From positions 1 to 28,308 of IMG/VR virus record IMGVR_UViG_3300012952_000092: a DNA stretch of 28,308 nt; one strand, given 5' to 3'. The notes under the pieces are model-generated. The model was not told the DNA's origin, ran no database searches, and saw nothing but the letters and a program-made list of their open reading frames with translations. Below are positions 16,215 to 24,104 of the stretch, piece after piece; the stretch's first letter is position 1; every line of letters starts with the position of its first letter. The stretch is from a virus. Its lineage: Duplodnaviria > Caudoviricetes. The translations under genes were made by a program, and so were the position numbers.

Positions 16215-16786
16215 GCTGAATTAATAGATGACGATTTTACCTTGAATTGAGTATCAAGGATTTCATACAACAAATACTTAAAGGTAACTGTTGCTGTAAA
16301 GTATGTATAATCGTTTTCTTGGGCAGTAAATTCTAAAGTACTTAGTGATACAGGGAACATATCAGTAAACCTGACATATGCCATTGGATTAAAATTACTA
16401 TTTAATATGCTAAGTGTACCATCACTAAATTGTTTTAAGTTATCAATATCACCTGTATTTCTATCTAAAACAATTTGTTTAAATTGGTCTACAGATTTAG
16501 GATACCCTAATCCATATATCCAGTTGTGTATTTCTAAATAATTTTCTAAACTCTCATCGACAAGAAATGATAAGGTAAGATCTTCAAACTGAACTTGATC
16601 ACCAGGAACAGGGACAGACTTTAAATAATTTCCAACATTAATTTCTCCCAATGTAATACCAGGAATTCTTGCACTATTAGAAAAGAAATCAACCTTTGGT
16701 GCTCTTGCCAAATTAAATTGAAATCCAGTAGGAGACAAGAAATTTCTATTCTTAATCTGCCTATCATAGAATGTGCTAGATGACAT
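16211..16786 (-). CDS. g3: Tail completion/sheath stabiliser gp3
   Basis: NFLSPTGF, IPGITLG, FLVDESLENYLEIHNW, SDGTL, FPVSLS; gp19-like fold. Confidence 0.88.
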   Translation of the reverse strand: MSSSTFYDRQIKNRNFLSPTGFQFNLARAPKVDFFSNSARIPGITLGEINVGNYLKSVPVPGDQVQFEDLTLSFLVDESLENYLEIHNWIYGLGYPKSVDQFKQIVLDRNTGDIDNLKQFSDGTLSILNSNFNPMAYVRFTDMFPVSLSTLEFTAQENDYTYFTATVTFKYLLYEILDTQFKVKSSSINSA

Positions 16787-16811
16787 TAAACTAAACAGTT
16801 GTAATCTTAAT

Positions 16812-16818
16812 TATTTAG
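16812..16818 (-). promoter_or_regulatory. Late (gp55) promoter CTAAATA
   Basis: T4-like late box 25 nt upstream of g3. Confidence 0.6.
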
Positions 16819-17414
16819 CAGTCTTTACTGAACTCTTCTGCCATACCGCCACCAATCTCTGCACCTTGGTTACCACCAAACATTGCTACCCATCCTGCTG
16901 CTAACCATCCTACAAATGGTATACCACTCAAGGCAGGAGCTGCTGCTGCACCAACACTAGTTCCTACAAGTCTTCCCGATTGTTCGCCACCACCGACTGC
17001 CTTGATACAGGCTTCGGTTCTGGCAGTTGACTTTCCCCCTGCGTCACCTCCTGTAATTGCAAGTGCTGCTGGATCTATCCAAGCACTCTTCGTACTAACA
17101 GGACCGCCATGATGTATAGCACCATCCATTGTATACTCTTCAACAACTTTTTGTGTGTTGTTAGATAGTCCTAGGAATCCACCTTTAGTTTTAATATCTT
17201 TAGTAGTGTACATAGTTTTAGGGTCATTTGCTCTATAAGCAATTTTATACCCATCCTCTGTTACTTCTGCCTGATATGTTGTATAGTTACCTGTAGGTAT
17301 ATTTAAATCGGGCAACTTACCATTATTTCTAGTGGCAAGCATACCAATCATACCAATATGGGAGGCAGCAAACAAACTACCAACTACTCCGATTGATATC
17401 CATTTAGCGTTCAT
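16815..17414 (-). CDS. Membrane-associated glycine-zipper hypothetical protein
   Basis: N-terminal hydrophobic helix; C-terminal GxxxG repeats (GRLVGTSVGAAAA...IPFVGWLAAG...GAEIGG) flanked by two Cys. Confidence 0.8.
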   Translation of the reverse strand: MNAKWISIGVVGSLFAASHIGMIGMLATRNNGKLPDLNIPTGNYTTYQAEVTEDGYKIAYRANDPKTMYTTKDIKTKGGFLGLSNNTQKVVEEYTMDGAIHHGGPVSTKSAWIDPAALAITGGDAGGKSTARTEACIKAVGGGEQSGRLVGTSVGAAAAPALSGIPFVGWLAAGWVAMFGGNQGAEIGGGMAEEFSKDC

Positions 17415-17435
17415 TTCAACACACTCATTCTACTA

Positions 17436-17549
17436 CTATATATCTGCGTCTTTATTTAGCAATTCTATCCATTCTTCATCAGGAGTAAAAACGATAGGAC
17501 CTTCTAGGATTCTTTCTTTTAATTCATCCTGAAGTTCTTCGTCGTTCAT
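17436..17549 (-). CDS. 37-aa acidic microprotein MNDEELQDELKERILEGPIVFTPDEEWIELLNKDADI
   Basis: Manual translation; fills the gap after the structured RNA; TATAAT at 17572-17567 upstream. Confidence 0.55.
   Translation of the reverse strand: MNDEELQDELKERILEGPIVFTPDEEWIELLNKDADI
17453..17459 (-). promoter_or_regulatory. Late promoter CTAAATA
   Basis: Late box about 40 nt upstream of the glycine-zipper gene. Confidence 0.45.
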
Positions 17550-17570
17550 AAATCTTTATATTCTTTATTA

Positions 17571-17654
17571 TATAGGTTGGTAGGTTCCTATAGCCGCTTA
17601 TCCTGAACCTACCAAAGGGGATAACCGCAGTCGTAGGTAGCGAAACAAACGACT
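17571..17654 (-). ncRNA. Candidate structured RNA (three hairpins with a 10-11 bp loop-loop/pseudoknot pairing)
   Basis: AGUCGU/ACGACU, UUAUCC/GGAUAA and UAUAGG/CCUAUA stems; UUGGUAGGUUC is complementary to GAACCUACCAA; extended -10 TGtTATAAT at 17668-17660. Confidence 0.6.
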
Positions 17655-17673
17655 CATACATTATAACACAAAA

Positions 17674-17746
17674 TAGGAGTGGTGGGAGTCGAACCCACAC
17701 TGTAGAGATTTTAAGTCTCCTGTCTCTGCCGTTGGACTACACTCCC
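17674..17746 (-). tRNA. tRNA-Leu(UAA), 73 nt, short variable loop, CCA not encoded
   Basis: GGGAGTG/CACTCCT acceptor stem, GGAGA-CTTAAAA-TCTCT anticodon arm, GTGGG-TTCGACT-CCCAC T arm, A73. Confidence 0.9.
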
Positions 17747-17750
17747 TAAG

Positions 17751-17823
17751 CGATTCAGGTAGGACTCGAACCTACAACCAATTGCTTAGAAGGCAATTGC
17801 TCTATCCTTTGAGCTACTGAATC
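17751..17823 (-). tRNA. tRNA-Arg(UCU), CCA not encoded
   Basis: GATTCAG/CTGAATC acceptor stem, ATTGC-CTTCTAA-GCAAT anticodon arm, GTAGG-TTCGAGT-CCTAC T arm. Confidence 0.93.
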
Positions 17824-17826
17824 AAA

Positions 17827-17898
17827 TAGGACTACCGAGAATTGAACTCGGTTCACACCGTTATAAGCAGTGGGCATTAACCAATATGCGATAGTCCC
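17827..17898 (-). tRNA. tRNA-Ile(UAU), CCA not encoded
   Basis: GGGACTA/TAGTCCT acceptor stem, CACTG-CTTATAA-CGGTG anticodon arm, CCGAG-TTCAATT-CTCGG T arm, A73. Confidence 0.9.
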
Positions 17899-17914
17899 TT
17901 GTCTTGACTGATGA

Positions 17915-17923
17915 ATTATAGCA
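17915..17923 (-). promoter_or_regulatory. Extended -10 promoter (TGcTATAAT) for the tRNA cluster
   Basis: Directly after the g23 terminator U-tract, 16 nt before tRNA-Ile. Confidence 0.7.
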
Positions 17924-17924
17924 C

Positions 17925-17952
17925 AAAAAAAAGACCCCCCGAAGGGAGTCTC
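17925..17952 (-). terminator. Rho-independent terminator of g23
   Basis: AGACTCCC-TTCG-GGGGGTCT stem-loop followed by a run of T. Confidence 0.92.
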
Positions 17953-17976
17953 TTAAAGAAATATGTAATTTCTGAA

Positions 17977-19422
17977 TTACATGAGGTTCTGAACAACAGT
18001 ACGCTGATAGTAGCGGTTGCTGTTAGATGTGATGCGTCCAAGTCCTTGAGCAGTACCTTCAGCGAATGGGTTTGAAACAAGACCGTATCTTGTCTTAAAT
18101 CCAATTTTTGGCTGGAAGGTGTTCTCTCCAACTGCTCTTACCATCTGTAGTGGTACATATGGGCAGTAGAATAGACCAGCATCATAAGGAGAAGATCCTT
18201 TGTATCCAACAACATAGTACTGATTAGCAGCACTGTTAGCAGAGAATGGATCGATGTACACTTTGTACTTACCTTGGATAGTACCAGCAAATGTATTACC
18301 AGTATCATCAACTTGTAGGTTAGCATTAAGTGCAGGTGTGTAATCAAGTACACCAGCCATTGTTAGAGCAGATGCTACATCGGCACTAGTTAGGATGATG
18401 TTACCCTTTCCACGACGAGTTCTCTGTGCGATTCTGTTGGCATCTCTTTCGATGTTAAACAGAAGACCTTTGAACTTCTCAACTGACCATCTACCATTGG
18501 AGTCAACATCTAGGTTAAAGAAACCTGCGTTTGCAACATTGACCTGTGAACCTGCTTCAGCAGTTTTGTAGATAGTACGAATAACTTCTCTGTTAATCTC
18601 TGCAAGAATCTCAGAAGAAAGAATGTTTGCTAACTCAGCCTCAGCGTTCAATCCGTGGATTGCCTTAAGGTCTTGAGCGAGTTCTAAACTGTACTCTGCT
18701 TTTAGTGCTCTAGACTTAGCGGTTACAGTCACCTTCTCGATGGAGAATGCCATCTCGTTGAAGTGACCATTAGTGCCGTCGCCTAATGCTTCAGAGTCAC
18801 CAGTTGCCATACCTTGACCCAATGAATACTGAGCTTGAACAGCATCAGAAGCATTGTTCTCTAGGATAGCAGGGTTTGTTCCACGCTGAGTTGCGGTTGA
18901 ACCGAAACCAACTGTACCATCATCATCAGTAGCAGCAGTGTAATCACCCTGTGTTGTTTGACCAACATTGGTTCCTGCCTTATTAGCAGAGAATGCTGAA
19001 TCTGGTTCGTTGAAGAATGCTTCTGTACCAGACTGATTGGTGTAGCGTGAACGCATTGCGAAGATTAGTCCAGTAGGACCATTCATTGGCTGAACACCTG
19101 CTAGTTCATAAGCAACTAGGTTAGGCATTGAGCGTCTAATCAATGAGATTAGAACTGGGTCGAAACCAGCAACAGGACCAGCTTCTGCTGAGCCTCCACC
19201 AAATGCACCAGAAGCACCAACAGCGTTACCACTGTTTGTTGGAGCTGCCTCAGTTAGCATTGAGGTTCCGTTCTCAAAAGCAGCTTGCTCTTTGAGGAAT
19301 TTTTCTTGGTTCTCTAGAAGAACTGCGGTTACTGAACGACGGTGAGCATCCTTAATCGGATCTACCCCTTCAGCGTCGAGAAGTGGACTCCACTTCTCCA
19401 TAATTTGTTCGGCATTGTACAT
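17977..19422 (-). CDS. g23: Major capsid protein gp23
   Basis: KWSPLL, AVLLENQE, FDPVLISLIRR, GVQPMNGPTGLIFAMR, KSRALKAEYS, YCPYVPL, FQPKIGFKTRYG. Confidence 0.98.
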   Translation of the reverse strand: MYNAEQIMEKWSPLLDAEGVDPIKDAHRRSVTAVLLENQEKFLKEQAAFENGTSMLTEAAPTNSGNAVGASGAFGGGSAEAGPVAGFDPVLISLIRRSMPNLVAYELAGVQPMNGPTGLIFAMRSRYTNQSGTEAFFNEPDSAFSANKAGTNVGQTTQGDYTAATDDDGTVGFGSTATQRGTNPAILENNASDAVQAQYSLGQGMATGDSEALGDGTNGHFNEMAFSIEKVTVTAKSRALKAEYSLELAQDLKAIHGLNAEAELANILSSEILAEINREVIRTIYKTAEAGSQVNVANAGFFNLDVDSNGRWSVEKFKGLLFNIERDANRIAQRTRRGKGNIILTSADVASALTMAGVLDYTPALNANLQVDDTGNTFAGTIQGKYKVYIDPFSANSAANQYYVVGYKGSSPYDAGLFYCPYVPLQMVRAVGENTFQPKIGFKTRYGLVSNPFAEGTAQGLGRITSNSNRYYQRTVVQNLM

Positions 19423-19449
19423 AGTACTTTACTTGTTAAGTTTGTAGGT

Positions 19450-20541
19450 TTATTTTTTGCCCATTGAAAGAGCTTGTAGGTAATTGCTCATAGAAGATGT
19501 TACTTCCATTGCGTCCCCACTACTGATACCTTCCGAAATGGTTTCGGATTTTCTTGAAACCTGAGGTTTGCTACCATCCTTAGGGAAATAAGATTCCTTA
19601 AGTGTAACTAACTTCTCACGGTACTGTTCTTCACCTTCAAACTCAACACCTTCAGCTAGAGATTGTAATTTCTCCTTTTGTGTCTCAGCAAGTCCTTCGG
19701 CAATGTCACGGAAAATTCCATCAGCTGTAGATTCGCCAAGACGCTTATTGAGAGAGACATTTTTCTCTATCTGTTCGTTCAGTCTGCCTTCCATATCATC
19801 TAGTTTATTGACCATGCTTTCCAGCACATCATATTTATCGTCAGGGATTGATACATAATGATCTTCAAAAAGACTCTTCATTCCACTTAGGAATGATTCG
19901 GTCATTTCGGTCTTGAGACCGTGCTCGACCTCTAGAGCATTTTCTTTGAGCCACTCATCGGAGACATACTCCAGATAAGCATCGCAACGCTCAACGAGTT
20001 CTGACTTAACACCTTCAAGATGCTCAGTCAAAGTCTTTTCATATTCGGTTGACAATTCTTCTTTAACAACAGCAACCTTAGAGTTGACTGCAGCCTCGAA
20101 AATTGTCTTTGCCTTTTCTTGGAACTCTTCAGAAAGTTCTTCACCACCAAATAGTGCAGCAAGATCTTCTTCTACATTAACTGTAGGTGTTTCTTCTGTC
20201 ACGGTGGTTTCCTCTGTAGTAGGTTCTTCAGCAACAACCTCAGCAGACTCTTCTGCTTCTGGATTGTCACCTTGCTTTAACACCTCAGTGCCAATAGACT
20301 GCATTTTGTCTGCTGCAGCAGCACCTTTATTGACGATATCTTTTACTGTTTTTACAGTAGCAGACTTCAGCGATGCTGAGTTATCGTCTGGTTTATAGTT
20401 TTGAGGTGTTGGGCCTCCGAGATCCTCGTAAGATGCTGATGCTCCAGGTGATGTGGAATCGTCAACCTTCTTCATAGGATCGCCAGATTTCGCACCCCTT
20501 GTTACAGGATTGTCCATTTCGTTAAGTTCCTTAGCGGCCAT
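19450..20541 (-). CDS. g22: Prohead core scaffolding protein gp22
   Basis: EDLGGPTP, LSEEFQEKAKTIFEAAV, YLEYVSDEW, LKESYF; between g21 and g23. Confidence 0.94.
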   Translation of the reverse strand: MAAKELNEMDNPVTRGAKSGDPMKKVDDSTSPGASASYEDLGGPTPQNYKPDDNSASLKSATVKTVKDIVNKGAAAADKMQSIGTEVLKQGDNPEAEESAEVVAEEPTTEETTVTEETPTVNVEEDLAALFGGEELSEEFQEKAKTIFEAAVNSKVAVVKEELSTEYEKTLTEHLEGVKSELVERCDAYLEYVSDEWLKENALEVEHGLKTEMTESFLSGMKSLFEDHYVSIPDDKYDVLESMVNKLDDMEGRLNEQIEKNVSLNKRLGESTADGIFRDIAEGLAETQKEKLQSLAEGVEFEGEEQYREKLVTLKESYFPKDGSKPQVSRKSETISEGISSGDAMEVTSSMSNYLQALSMGKK

Positions 20542-20582
20542 TTCTGATCTACTCCGAATAGTAGTAAGTATAATCTATGTTT

Positions 20583-20589
20583 ATTTATT
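20583..20589 (-). promoter_or_regulatory. Late promoter ATAAATA
   Basis: In the g21-g22 intergenic region. Confidence 0.7.
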
Positions 20590-20593
20590 GAGT

Positions 20594-21244
20594 TTAGAGA
20601 TTTGATAGGAAGTTTTGGAATAATCCAAGCTTGTTCTCCTCAAGCTGTTTGCTGCCAACTAATGTGTTGACTTGCTTGTAAGTCTTGTGTGCTAGTTGTT
20701 CTCTAGCGACTCCACCGTCCCACACCCAGTCTTTACCTTCCATAATTCCTGACACAAATGCGTCTGGAGCAGAAGGATCAGCAACGATATCAGCAGCAGT
20801 TGCAAGCATAAAGTCATCAGAGACAACCTTAACACCTTCATTATTGACTGCTAGAGTACCGAGTCCACGGGATGATACACCAAGTTTTACACCTTCATCT
20901 ATAAGATTCTGTGCAATCCTACCCATTGGTGTAGAGAGGATTTTTGCTTTACCAATAAAATTAGATCCACTTTCTTTAAGTGAAACAATTTTATGTGATA
21001 CACGATCTAGATTTACTGTTGGTCCTTCGGGGTGACCGAGTTCTCCAACTGCACGACCAGATGTCACAAAACTTTCGTTATACCTTTGAACTTCTCTACG
21101 AAGAGTGTTCAATGGATACATACGACCATTGCGGTTTTGAATATCCCCTTGGAGGAAGATACCCTCGATAAACATAGATTTTTTACCGTTGCGATTTTCA
21201 ACGATAATCTCTACATCATCTATTTGTTCTGTGATTAACTTCAT
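20594..21244 (-). CDS. g21: Prohead protease gp21
   Basis: IEGIFLQ, NRNGRMYP, GELGHP, GVSSRGLG, DIVADPSAPDAFV. Confidence 0.96.
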   Translation of the reverse strand: MKLITEQIDDVEIIVENRNGKKSMFIEGIFLQGDIQNRNGRMYPLNTLRREVQRYNESFVTSGRAVGELGHPEGPTVNLDRVSHKIVSLKESGSNFIGKAKILSTPMGRIAQNLIDEGVKLGVSSRGLGTLAVNNEGVKVVSDDFMLATAADIVADPSAPDAFVSGIMEGKDWVWDGGVAREQLAHKTYKQVNTLVGSKQLEENKLGLFQNFLSNL

Positions 21245-21248
21245 TGGT

Positions 21249-21512
21249 TTAATTAGTAAATCCTACTTTAGATACTTCAACAGCATTACCTGTTACATAT
21301 ATCTTGTCTGATGCGTTCTTCTCAACTAGATCTGCTGCACCACTTACGCTAGTATATGATCCGATAATATTATCATCAGAATCTGTTCTAACGACAAGAG
21401 CAGCACCAGCATTAGATAATACTCTTACTACAGTAGCATTACCAACAGTAGTAGCATTACCACTACCAACTGCCAACGCTGCTTTTTGTCCTAGAGGTAA
21501 TATTCTAGACAT
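21249..21512 (-). CDS. Small beta-rich hypothetical (probably virion) protein, 87 aa
   Basis: Start at MSRILPLG (21512), overlapping the upstream stop; lies within the head operon. Confidence 0.7.
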   Translation of the reverse strand: MSRILPLGQKAALAVGSGNATTVGNATVVRVLSNAGAALVVRTDSDDNIIGSYTSVSGAADLVEKNASDKIYVTGNAVEVSKVGFTN

Positions 21513-21717
21513 CTGCTGTTTCCTCTTCTGGTTGAGACTCAACTTCAGTTTCTACTTCAACTTCAGATTCCCCTTCGATGCCAAATAAATTTCCAGCAGC
21601 GTGAGGTCTCAGTTCATCGATTCTACCTGCTGATTTGGCAAATAAAGTATCTTTGATCTGATCACTAATATCCGCAGCAGACGCATCTGTCGCTATCATG
21701 TTGACGAGTTCTTCCAT
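21505..21717 (-). CDS. Small acidic prohead core protein (gp67-like position)
   Basis: MEELVNMI...ISDQIKDTLFAKS with an E-rich tail; directly after g20. Confidence 0.7.
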   Translation of the reverse strand: MEELVNMIATDASAADISDQIKDTLFAKSAGRIDELRPHAAGNLFGIEGESEVEVETEVESQPEEETADV

Positions 21718-21740
21718 AATCATGTATATACTGATAAAGT

Positions 21741-21747
21741 TATTTAT
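21741..21747 (-). promoter_or_regulatory. Late promoter ATAAATA
   Basis: Overlaps the g20 stop codon. Confidence 0.65.
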
Positions 21748-23426
21748 ATCTCTCCCTCATTAGCACCTGGTTTTGGTAACTTAGCTGCAGTCTCAGGTTT
21801 GGTCGGTGGAAGTTCTCCCATCGCTGCATTTGGATCTTCCATTTCCATACCCATCGCAGCACCCTGTTCCAACTCTAACATCTGTTGATTAGGATCAGGT
21901 ATGATACCCTTAGCAATTTCATCCTCTATCTGCTCATCAATTTCTACAATCTCTTGATCTCTTTGACGCAATACTTGTCTCCTTACATATTCTGTAGAAT
22001 AGTATCTACCAACATAAGGTTCAACCATACCAAGAAGACCTAAACGACCTTCCATCAATTCCTTATCTTTTAGTTCTGCAAAGTGATTATCATAGATAAA
22101 ATCAAATTGAATATGCTCAGACATTACCTCCCAATCGTCTGGGGTAACAATGTTCTTAAGTAACAACTGTGTTCTTAGCATATCTAAAAAGATTTTACCA
22201 AAACGCTTACGCAGTCTACCTACAAACTTACTAAACTTAAGTTCGTCTCTTAAAATTTCTGAACTACGACCGAGATTAAATCCATCACCAGATCCAGCGA
22301 TTCTAGATTCAGGTACTCCCAAAGATCTGTACAACTTAGATTGGAAGTACTCAATGTCAGCCAACTCTCCAAGGTTCTGTCCACCTGGTAATGTTGTAAT
22401 TTCTGTTCCTCTTCCACCCTCTCTTCTTGGTAACCAAAAGTCTTCAAGCATGGACATGTATTTTTTATCATCTCTTGTTTCACCTGTTTTTGAATCATAT
22501 ACTAACTTGTTTCTATAACGAGACATTACATCTCTTAGATATTGCTCTGCTTTAATCTTAGGTAGATTACCAACATCAATATAAAATATCCTTCTTTCTG
22601 GTGCTCTCGATAGTCTGTATATAACAAGACTATCTTCAATCATCCTTAACTGATTGAGTGCTTTAATTGCTTTGTGGAGATAAGATAAACATGTACCCTT
22701 ATTCCTATCGACCAAACCAGAGGTACAATATGTAATAGAATCTTTTGCAAGTTTAACTCCTGTCATATGGGGTGCACTACCTTGTATCATATTAGTAGGA
22801 TACCTAGGTGTGGGAGTATACATGAAATACTCTTCAATCTTAGGAAATACTACCTTATCATTATCATGTACATTAGGACTAGCATTAAACAAATCTGATC
22901 TTTCTTTATTTTGTTTTTGTTCCTTACGAACATACCTCATCTTCATAGGATCGATATACCTTAACTCCTGTATACCATCTTGAGGTTTTTTGATATCAAT
23001 TACTTTGTTGTAATATATCCTTCCATCAACATACCAGTTTCTAAAAATTTCATGAGATTTAGAATCAAAATCTAATAGATCTTTGATGTGTTTAAACTCA
23101 ACTCTTATCTTATCTTTAATACCATCTGATGCATTTAAATTCTCCAAGTCTATCTCTACAGGAGAATCATTTGTATCCGATACAATTGCTTCATTTACAA
23201 TATCTTCTACAGCATTGTCCACTTCTGGATGAAGTGCCATCTCACGATATTTTTTAATTGATTGATGTTCGTCTTTATAAATCCCTTCAAGATCTATTAC
23301 CTGACTAGAAAATCCACTCTGAATATAATAATCAACCCCATCCTCACCTGTCTGTGGAATGGGGGAGACTACACCCTTAGGTAGATCGTCGTTGTCGTCA
23401 ATTGAGAATCCAAAAAGTTTGGCCAT
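21744..23426 (-). CDS. g20: Portal vertex protein gp20
   Basis: MAKLFGFSI, FRNWYVDGR, RAPERRIFYIDVGNLP, EDFWLPRREGGRGTEI. Confidence 0.98.
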   Translation of the reverse strand: MAKLFGFSIDDNDDLPKGVVSPIPQTGEDGVDYYIQSGFSSQVIDLEGIYKDEHQSIKKYREMALHPEVDNAVEDIVNEAIVSDTNDSPVEIDLENLNASDGIKDKIRVEFKHIKDLLDFDSKSHEIFRNWYVDGRIYYNKVIDIKKPQDGIQELRYIDPMKMRYVRKEQKQNKERSDLFNASPNVHDNDKVVFPKIEEYFMYTPTPRYPTNMIQGSAPHMTGVKLAKDSITYCTSGLVDRNKGTCLSYLHKAIKALNQLRMIEDSLVIYRLSRAPERRIFYIDVGNLPKIKAEQYLRDVMSRYRNKLVYDSKTGETRDDKKYMSMLEDFWLPRREGGRGTEITTLPGGQNLGELADIEYFQSKLYRSLGVPESRIAGSGDGFNLGRSSEILRDELKFSKFVGRLRKRFGKIFLDMLRTQLLLKNIVTPDDWEVMSEHIQFDFIYDNHFAELKDKELMEGRLGLLGMVEPYVGRYYSTEYVRRQVLRQRDQEIVEIDEQIEDEIAKGIIPDPNQQMLELEQGAAMGMEMEDPNAAMGELPPTKPETAAKLPKPGANEGEI

Positions 23427-23451
23427 TATTTAATAAGTACCTGATCTTATC

Positions 23452-23458
23452 TATTTAT
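23452..23458 (-). promoter_or_regulatory. Late promoter ATAAATA
   Basis: Immediately after the g19 stop, 25 nt before g20. Confidence 0.7.
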
Positions 23459-24078
23459 CAGCTTACTGAACCACCATTTCCAGCAGCTTCCCACCACTGA
23501 ACCTGTAAGGTTACGGTAAATTCTTCGATTGCGTCAGCAGAATCGTAAGAAAGATCTATCTGAGAAACATTAGTTGGGAACACACTATAGAATTTATATG
23601 TTCTAAGAACAGGCATGTTCTGATCAGATTGTTGATTACCACCAGCAACAGCAGATCTACCAAGTTGGTAGACATATGCGTCTCTAGTATAATCTTCTGG
23701 GTTAATGTTACCAGCGTTGTCAGATACTTTAGACATGGAGTTCATCCATCTCTCAAAGGAACTTCTGATTGCGAAATCTGTATCGTTGATGACAGTAATC
23801 TGCCACTCATCGAATGTTCTGTCTCCTGCAATTTTTAGTTGTCTTCCTCTAAAGGGGACACTAATAGGAGCGATGTTAGACGCAGGTAATGCTGCTGTCT
23901 TGACAAGGAACCTACTCTTAGGATCTATGTCAGCAACAGATGCATCTACTACACCATCTGGGAATGCAAGAACTACCTCAAACAGATTAGGTCTTGCAAT
24001 ACCACCAGTTAACCTGGACTTGAACTTATCAATAGTCCTTTCCGAGGTCTTTGGTGGGTTTGCGGAATTGATTGCCAT
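23458..24078 (-). CDS. g19: Tail tube protein gp19
   Basis: ARPNLFEV, LPAS, FRGRQLKIAGDRTF, INDTDF, IEEFTVT. Confidence 0.96.
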   Translation of the reverse strand: MAINSANPPKTSERTIDKFKSRLTGGIARPNLFEVVLAFPDGVVDASVADIDPKSRFLVKTAALPASNIAPISVPFRGRQLKIAGDRTFDEWQITVINDTDFAIRSSFERWMNSMSKVSDNAGNINPEDYTRDAYVYQLGRSAVAGGNQQSDQNMPVLRTYKFYSVFPTNVSQIDLSYDSADAIEEFTVTLQVQWWEAAGNGGSVS

Positions 24079-24104
24079 TAGTCTTACCTAAAGTGAATTA
24101 ATAA

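Noticed and set aside
17571-17673. tRNA-associated HDV-like (theta) ribozyme
   Set aside because: The element starts about 20 nt after the tRNA 3' end, has its own -10, and I could not thread the nested P1-P2-P3-P1.1-P4 order onto it.
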